This document shows positions 26,501 to 33,932 of a DNA stretch of 33,932 bases, piece after piece. Position 1 is the first letter of the stretch, and every line of letters begins with the position of its first letter. The stretch lies in NCBI GenBank assembly GCA_030867685.1, contig JAQOWU010000002.1, positions 1 to 33,932 of the forward strand. The letters run 5' to 3'. The position numbers and the translations under genes are program-made. This stretch comes from Wickerhamiella versatilis (lineage: Eukaryota). The notes beneath the pieces are model-generated. The model was not told the origin of the DNA, ran no database searches, and saw only the letters and a list, made by a program, of their open reading frames with translations.

Positions 26501-28003
26501 TGATAGACTATCAAATTATAAATATTTATTAAATTAAATAATAAATTATATTCTATAAATATTTTATTTATTATATGAAATAATAAATTTAGTTTTATCT
26601 TTAGTTAATAATAAACCAGATTTTAATGGTTTAATCATTTTAATCTTAATATTAGATATATCTTTAACAGAATTATATTCTAATATATTATTATTATTTA
26701 GATATTCTATAAATAATTTAGGTATATAAATATAACCTTTATTAATTGATCTTTTAATAGTTTTAGTACTACAACATAAATAATTAGCTGCTTTACTAAT
26801 ACTATAAAATTCACATATATATTTATTATTTTCATCAAATAAATATATAGGTTTACCAAATAATTTAGCTATTTTAATTCTACCAGCTCTTGAAATATAA
26901 TCTTTACTACGATTAAGAGCTATTTCTCTTAATTTATGTTTAGATTCTTCACTTCATTTACCCTTACGATTAATTTGTAATTGTCTTAATAATTCACGTC
27001 TTTCATCTGTAAAAGCTATTTTCATTTTATTTAAACTTTCTTCATTATGCTTATAACCTAATGTATTACCTGCTTCAGGTACTATATTATATTTAGGCAT
27101 TAATAAACTAATATAAGATGTTTCTAAATTTAATAATTCTTGATTAATTTTTTTATCATATTTATTATTATATTCATGATTATTTATATATTCTAATATA
27201 CCAAAAATAAAATTATTTAATCCATATTTTTTAATAGATCTAGCTACTAATTTATTACCATTTAAATGATATAAATGATTACTAAATCTTGTATATAATC
27301 TATTATATATTGCTGAACCTATATAATAATTTTTAGTTATTTTATTAATTATAATATATATTCCTGATTTATTTCTTAATTTTTCACGAATTTCTACTCT
27401 AACTGGTTCTTTATCAACATTATCTCATCAATTTTCTATATTAACTTTACCTAATATATCATTAATTATTTGTTGAGAATCAGTTAAATCTTGAGGTTTA
27501 TTATTATTATTTTTTAATAAAAATGAAGATGATGAAAATAATCTTTTATTTAATAATTTATTATTTAATTTAATATATTTATAATTTGATTTTGGGCTAT
27601 TGTTTTGTTTACCCATAAATGCAGTAATTATCATTAATAAGAATATTACTACTCCTATTGTTCATAATGCTACTCTTGGTTTTCTATATGATCCATAATA
27701 TATACCTCTAGCCATATGTAAATATACAAATATAAAGAAGAATCCAGCTCCATTAGAATGTGCATATCTTATTAATCATCCATAATGCACATCAATCATA
27801 ATGTGTTGAACAGATAAGAATGCTAAATCTAAGTTAGAACTATAATGCATTGCTAAAAATATACCTGTAGCTAATTGTATTACTAAACATGTACCTAATA
27901 AACTACCAAAATTTCAGAAATAACTAATATTTGCTGGTTCTGGTGCATCTATAACAAAACTATTAGGTATTGATAAAAATTCATTAGATTTTCTTAATGC
28001 CAT
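23504..28003 (-). CDS. cob: Apocytochrome b (384 aa); exons 28003-27611, 26220-26185, 24949-24889, 24517-24202, 23852-23504
   Basis: [18 protein letters not shown]^[12 protein letters not shown]^[28 protein letters not shown]. Exons sum to 1155 nt. Confidence 0.97.
23853..24201 (-). mobile_element. Group I intron cob-806 (IA-like), no ORF
   Basis: Interrupts GCC AT^A GTA CCA and ends in G. IGS GTGGCA pairs with exon TGCCAT. Confidence 0.9.
24518..24888 (-). mobile_element. Group I intron cob-490 (IA-like), no ORF
   Basis: Interrupts GAG T^TT ATA TGA and ends in G. Core TCAACGACTA and GACATAGTC. Confidence 0.9.
24950..26184 (-). mobile_element. Group I intron cob-429 (ID-like, bI2 position)
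   Basis: Interrupts TGA GGT^GCA ACA and ends in G. Core near 25240-25360. Confidence 0.92.
25462..26184 (-). CDS. LAGLIDADG (type 2, bI2-like) maturase/endonuclease, in frame with cob exon 2
   Basis: [10 protein letters not shown] and LAIWIMDDG motifs. Confidence 0.92.
26221..27610 (-). mobile_element. Group I intron cob-393 (ID-like)
   Basis: Follows GGT at CDS nt 393 and ends in G. Core near 26260-26390 (CGACAGACTGG). Confidence 0.92.
26564..27610 (-). CDS. GIY-YIG homing endonuclease, in frame with cob exon 1
   Basis: [20 protein letters not shown]...RF..H, followed by [21 protein letters not shown] and other NUMOD-like segments. Stop position read by eye. Confidence 0.9.
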
Positions 28004-28202
28004 TTTTATTATTTTTATTTATATATATATAATTATTAATAATAAATTAATAATCTATCTATTAATTAATATTATATATTTTTTTAATATAAATTTTTAT
28101 TATAATTTATTATAATTTATTATAAATTTTATATTATTAAAATTTATTGATTATTTAAATTTATTATACAAATAACTAATTAAATTTAATTAATTATTAA
28201 CT

Positions 28203-28211
28203 TACTTATAA
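28203..28211 (-). promoter_or_regulatory. Promoter TTATAAGTA upstream of cob
   Basis: Consensus variant, correct orientation. Confidence 0.6.
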
Positions 28212-28396
28212 TAAAATTAATTGTATATTATATAATTAATGTAAAATAAACTATATTTAATAATTATTTATTATTAATAATTTTTTTTTAATCTTAATTA
28301 TAATATTAACTTTAATATTTAATTAATTAAATATCTTAATATATATATTATTATATAGTAGATATTATTATATAATTATAATTTTAATTATTTTAT

Positions 28397-30415
28397 TTAT
28401 ATTATAGATAATAAAGAAGTAAATAATAAGAATAAGATAACTAAATGAGGTATATTAAAGAATATAGAAGTTAAGATAAATAATAAGATAGTTAATAATA
28501 AGAATAATAAATAGAAATTAAAGTGTCTTATACTATGATTATTGTTTAAATTATTAATAATGAAATGGTTAGAAGATATAGAAATAGTTTTATAACTTAA
28601 TAAATTTAAACTATTATATAAACCTTGAGGACCATAAATATATAATAAACCTTTATCTAAATAATTATTTAAATAATAACCAAAATATAAAGAAGATCTT
28701 AATATTTGATTATTAAATAAATTATCTAACATAAATTTAGTATTAGTATATGTATAATAATTAATAAATAGATAATCAGATAATGAATTTAATTTATGTA
28801 AATTAAAGTAAGGAGGTAATAATTTATAATTAAATTCATAAATAAATAAGATAAAGCAAACAAAGAAGATAGTTAAGAATAAAGGTAATAATTTAATATA
28901 TAAAGGTAAATTAAATTCAGTTTCAATAAGAGATAAATGATTAGGATGTGTAAATAAACTATTAAATGGAGTACCCATACCTAAATAAAAATCTCTAGTT
29001 CAATAACCTATAAATATAGATAAAATAGCTAATATAACCATAGGTAAAATTAAAGGTAAATTAAATTCATGAACGATATAATAAGAATATTTATTAGCAT
29101 TAGGTATAGAGAAGAAAACTAAATAAATTAATCTAAAGCTATAAATAGTAGTTAAAGTAGCTGAAATTAAAGCAAATCAATAAACGATATAACCTGAAAT
29201 ATTATAAATACCATAACTAGATTCAATAATAATATCTTTAGAATAGAAACCACTTAAACCAGGAATAGCCATTAAAGATAAAGAACCAATTAACATACAA
29301 ATATATGTTATAGGAGTAAATTTAGATAAACCACCAAATGTTCTAATATCTTGAGATTCAGTAACTATAGAATGTATAATAGAACCAGCTGACATAAATA
29401 ATAAAGCTTTAAACATAGCATGAGTAAATAAATGATAAATACTTGCATTATAATTAGATAAACCAATAGCTAATACCATTAAACCTAATTGTGACATAGT
29501 AGATAAAGCAATAATTTTTTTCATATCATTAGATACTATAGCTATAATACCAGCTATTAAAGTAGTTAAACCACCTATTCATAATATTAATAATAAAATA
29601 ATAGGAGTATATTCTAATAAATAACAACTTCTTAATAATAAATAAATACCAGCACAAACTAAACATGCAGCATGTAATAAAGCACTAACAGGTGTAGGAC
29701 CAGCCATACTATATAATAATCATATATGTAAACCTAATTGAGCACTTTTAGCTATAGTACCTATTAATAAACATAACATAATTAATGTTATTATATCACT
29801 ATTAATATATTGACTTAAACTAAATACTGTACTAAAATTTAATGAACCAAATGTTATCATCATTAATAATAATCCTATAGTTAAAAATGTATCACCAAAT
29901 TTATTAACTAATAATGAACTTAATCCACTTTTAATTGCATTAATTACTGTATATCAATGACTAATTAATAAATATGATGCTACACCTATTAATTCTCAAC
30001 CTACAAATAATATAGCATAATTAGATCCTGTAACTAATATTATCATAAATCCTGTAAATAATGATAATATACTAAAAAATCTTTGTTGATATGGATCATG
30101 TGACATATATCCTGTAGCATATAAATGTACTAATGTTGATACTAAACATATAGGTAATAATAATGATACACTTAATTCATCAATAATAAATGCTCATTCT
30201 ATATTTATATTATCTACATTAATTCATGTACCTAAATTTATACTATAAATAATATTATTAACCATTATATTATAATATAAATTTAATGTTATTAATAATG
30301 ATATAAATATACAAAATGTTGCTATATATTTACTACTATTATATCCTATTAATCTTCCCATTAATCCTGATATTAATGATCCTATTAAAGGTAATGTTAA
30401 TAATGTTAATACCAT
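28397..30415 (-). CDS. nad5: NADH dehydrogenase subunit 5 (672 aa)
   Basis: [54 protein letters not shown] in one frame. Confidence 0.97.
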
Positions 30416-30417
30416 AT

Positions 30418-30687
30418 TTATTCTTCATCTATATTTAAATTACCTTTTAATCTATAATATAATACTAATATACTTAATCCTATTGCTGATTCTGCTCCAG
30501 CTATTGTTAATATTACTGCTGTTCACATTAATCCTATTGCATCATCAAAATATGCACTACTTAATATTATATTTAATGTACATCCTACTAATAATACTTC
30601 TATTGCTATAAATAATATTATTATATTACGTCTATTAAATATAAATCCTAATAATGCTATTATAAATATTATATAACTTATAATCAT
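30418..30687 (-). CDS. nad4L: NADH dehydrogenase subunit 4L (89 aa)
   Basis: [24 protein letters not shown]. Abuts nad5. Confidence 0.96.
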
Positions 30688-30754
30688 TTATATTCTATTT
30701 TTATTATTGATTATTCTTTCTCTTCTTTAATAATCTTATTCTATCCTTAATATT

Positions 30755-30763
30755 TACTTATAT
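30755..30763 (-). promoter_or_regulatory. Promoter ATATAAGTA upstream of nad4L-nad5
   Basis: Exact consensus match, intergenic, correct orientation. Confidence 0.65.
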
Positions 30764-30777
30764 TTATTTTATTTATT

Positions 30778-30848
30778 CATCCTAATGAAGATTCGAACTT
30801 CAATTGAGGCTTTAGAAGAACCATGTTTTACCATTAAACTATTAGGAT
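30778..30848 (-). tRNA. trnR: tRNA-Arg(UCU)
   Basis: Acceptor ATCCTAA/TTAGGAT, loop CT-TCT-AA. Confidence 0.9.
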
Positions 30849-30864
30849 TAAAATTTCTGATTTT

Positions 30865-31051
30865 ATCCTTAATTATAACATATCAAAGATATGTTATATT
30901 AGGATTTTTTTATTAAAAATAATCCTCAATTATAAAAAACATGAAATGTTTTTTATATTAGGATATAAAATATATTTTATATCCTCAATAATAAGAGATT
31001 AAAAATCTCTTATATTAGGATATTTACGAAGTAAATAATCCTCAATTATAA
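30865..31051 (-). repeat. Three and a half hairpin units bounded by trnR acceptor-stem sequence
   Basis: ATCCT(C/T)AAT...TATATTAGGAT at 30865-30905, 30922-30964, 30981-31021, partial at 31038-31051. Confidence 0.9.
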
Positions 31052-31195
31052 ACTAAACTATATAATATATTTAATATAAATATATTATATATTAATAATC
31101 TATTTAATGTATTTATTTATTATTATATTATAGATAATATAATGATGATAATTTAACAATCTAAAGGTTAAGTTAAAATTCTCAATCCTTATCGA

Positions 31196-31263
31196 AGATA
31201 ATGATGAGAATTGAACTCATATCAATCGATTTGCAATCAATCTTATCAACCATGAGCATTATC
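31196..31263 (-). tRNA. trnC: tRNA-Cys(GCA), short with weak D arm
   Basis: Acceptor GATAATG/CATTATC, loop TT-GCA-AA. Confidence 0.85.
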
Positions 31264-31354
31264 AATAAAAAGAAATAAATGTAAAATTAAATAAAAAAAA
31301 ATAACAAATTATTATTATTATATTAATAATATTATATATAATAATATATATATA

Positions 31355-32836
31355 TTAATATACTGTTGAAGTAATAATGAATGATAAGTTATTTATAATA
31401 GGTTGTGGATATATACCTATAATTAAAGTAGGTATAATAATAATTAAGAACATAAATGATTCACGTTTAGTTACATCACCTATATTATGTATATAATAAT
31501 TAGTACCACCAGTTATACGATTAGTTAATTTAAATTGATATGTAGCTGATAATAATACAGCAAATGTACATATAGCTGCTATAATAGGTGATGTTTTAAA
31601 TGCACCTAATTGTGATAAGAATTCACCCATTCAATTAGCTGTTAAAGGTGTACCAATATTAGCAAATGATAATATTAATAAATAAAAACTAAATAATGGC
31701 ATTATAGATAATAATCCATTATAATATATTAATATACGTGTATGATATCTATCATATAATACACCACCTACAGCTATAAATAATCCAGGTGAAACTAAAC
31801 CATGAGCTATAGATAATAAATAAGAACCATCTATACCTATAACATTATTAGAGAAAGCACCTAGTATACAAACTCCCATGTGGCTAATAGAACTATAAGC
31901 TATTATTACTTTTAAATCAATTTGTACTATAGTAATTAAACTAATTAAAATTATAGTTAATAAACATATAACATATACTAATGGTGTAAATATTAAAGTA
32001 CCTTCAGATAATATAGGTAACATTCATCTTAAAATTAAATAGATAGTTAATTTTAATACTAAACTAGCTAACATAATACTACCAGCTAAAGGTGATTCAG
32101 AATGAACTACTGGTAATCAAGTATGTAATGGAAATAAAGGTGATTTAACCATAATAGAAATAAAGAAACCTAATCATAAGATAATTTGTAAATCTATTGA
32201 CATAATTAAACCATTATATACATAATAATTAGTAGATTTTAATAAATATGATGTTATACATATAGATAATAACATAAATAAACTACCAAATAATGTATAT
32301 AATAATACATAATATGCTGCTTTTTCTTTATTAACACTACCATACATACCTACTAATATAAATAAAGGTATTAATGTACTTTCAAATAATATATAATATG
32401 ATAATAATTCTAATGTTATAAAATTAATTCATAATAATATACCTATTAATAATACTAATATTATATATAAATTTGATTGATTTGATTTCATATATCATCC
32501 TGATAATATTGATATAGGTATAATTATACCTATTAATATACAATAATATAATGATATACTATCAAATCCTAATATTATATTAGATCCTAATATACCATTA
32601 TTTTCTGGATCTATTATTAAATTATTAATTAATGATTCACGATTATTAGGATCATAATTATATCATCATATTAATACTACATATAATATCATTACACTTA
32701 TTAATAATGCATATTGTCTTACTATTTTTGAACTAAATTGTTTAATATAATTAACATTATTACTTACTTTTGATATTATTAATAATATTAAATAATTTAT
32801 TACTATAAATATTACTCCATAATTTATAATATTCAT
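31355..32836 (-). CDS. nad4: NADH dehydrogenase subunit 4 (alternative in-frame ATG at 32863)
   Basis: FESTLIP, VKSPLFPLHTWLPVVHSESP, DLKVIIAYSSISHMG, AHGLVSPGLF. Start codon uncertain. Confidence 0.95.
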
Positions 32837-32905
32837 TTTTTTAATCTTTTTCTTTTTCTTCATCTTTCTATTAACCTTAATTATTTTAATTTAAATATAA
32901 ATAAA

Positions 32906-32976
32906 TGCGACTACAGAGATTTGAACTCTGACACTCAATTTGGAAGATTGATGGTCTACCATTAACCTATAATCGC
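32906..32976 (-). tRNA. trnG: tRNA-Gly(UCC)
   Basis: Loop CT-TCC-AA. Confidence 0.92.
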
Positions 32977-33014
32977 ATATAAGATATATATATAAATATA
33001 TATATATAAATACT

Positions 33015-33023
33015 TACTTATAT
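33015..33023 (-). promoter_or_regulatory. Nonanucleotide promoter ATATAAGTA upstream of trnG-nad4
   Basis: Exact match to the yeast mitochondrial promoter consensus, at the head of the minus-strand genes. Confidence 0.75.
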
Positions 33024-33217
33024 ATAATATTAATTATTAATTAATAATAAAATAATAAGATATTGTTAATAATATCTTATCTATAATATAAGATAAGATT
33101 AAATTATTAATAATATTATTATATTAATAATATTATAATATAAAATTATTATAATAATATATTAATTATATTTAAAATAAAAAAAAATAAATATTTAATA
33201 TTATTTAATAATGATAT

Positions 33218-33226
33218 TTATAAGTA
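33218..33226 (+). promoter_or_regulatory. Promoter TTATAAGTA for rnl
   Basis: WTATAAGTA immediately before rnl. Confidence 0.75.
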
Positions 33227-33932
33227 ATATTAATAATAAAATATGAAATGAATAATAAAATAAATTAAAGATATAATTGAGGATTATAAGATTAAATATT
33301 GATAATGAAGGTATAAAATATATTAAACCAATATAAATATTGGTGATAGATATATGAGACCTAAATAGGAAACTATATATTTAAGAACGTAGTGAACTGA
33401 AACATCATAGTAACTATAGGAAAGGAAAATAAAACAAGAATATTAAGAGTAGTGGTGAACGAAATTAATAGAGTCTAAGAGTAAAATGTGTAAAAATGTT
33501 TTAATATAGTAAAACTAATACTAAGACTAAATACAATATTTAAATCATAAGTACTGTGAAGGAACATATGAATCAGTTAATATCGATAGCATAGCTAATT
33601 ATATATATATATAATTATCTAGTACCTTTTGTATAATGGGTGAACAAGTTTAATATAATAGCAAGATTAATAATAAAATTTAATCATATAAGAAATTAAT
33701 AAAGAAATATTCAATAATTATTTATTGAATATTAGTTAGTTATTATATTAAGACCCGATAGCTTGTGATCTTACCATGATCAAGTATAAAATGACTGAAC
33801 GGGTTAATGTTGCAATATTATCCGATGAATTGTGGTATGCGGAGAAAGTTAAATCGAACAAGCAGGTAGCTGGTTTGCAATGAAACATATTTTCGTATGA
33901 TAGAAATAATTAATTATAAACGGTATAGCACT
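33226..33932 (+). rRNA. rnl: Large subunit rRNA, 5' part (continues across the circular junction into position 1)
   Basis: Conserved LSU motifs GAACGTAGTGAACTGAAACATC, AGTACTGTGAAGGAA, GTACCTTTTGTATAATGGG, AGACCCGA, GTAGCTGGTT. 5' end is approximate, placed at the TTATAAGTA promoter. Confidence 0.9.

Noticed and set aside
24950-27610. Twintron in cob (two similar ID-like cores)
   Set aside because: A 36-nt exon (26220-26185) separates two ordinary introns at 393 and 429.
32837-32863. Poly-lysine N-terminus on Nad4 (MKKKKKIKK)
   Set aside because: More simply an A-rich leader before ATG 32836; cannot be settled from sequence.

Overview
An apparently complete, circular, very AT-rich mitochondrial genome of a budding yeast (Saccharomycotina). 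Atp9/Cob and the full nad set look Yarrowia/Dipodascales-like, but this placement is inferred from memory, not from a search. The window is cut inside rnl, and TGA reads as Trp, so the supplied ORF track fragments the genes. The + strand carries rnl (two group I introns, one with a LAGLIDADG ORF), a probable rnpB and 13 tRNAs. The - strand carries nad4, nad4L-nad5, cob (4 introns), atp8-atp6, cox3, nad6, nad1, cox1 (2 introns), nad2-nad3, rns, rps3, atp9, cox2 and 12 tRNAs. Four observations stand out. (1) At least seven tRNA genes are flanked by fold-back elements built from the end of their own neighbouring tRNA, including a tandem array of cloverleaf-like tRNA-Val mimics and a two-state hairpin cascade before tRNA-Arg. 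(2) The rnl L2584 intron appears to end in A rather than G and carries extra guide sequences complementary to both exons. (3) A conserved TAGTTTATTTTACA motif follows the last CDS of most predicted mRNAs. (4) Three closely related ORF-less introns sit at unrelated sites. All coordinates were read by eye; rRNA and rnpB ends are approximate.
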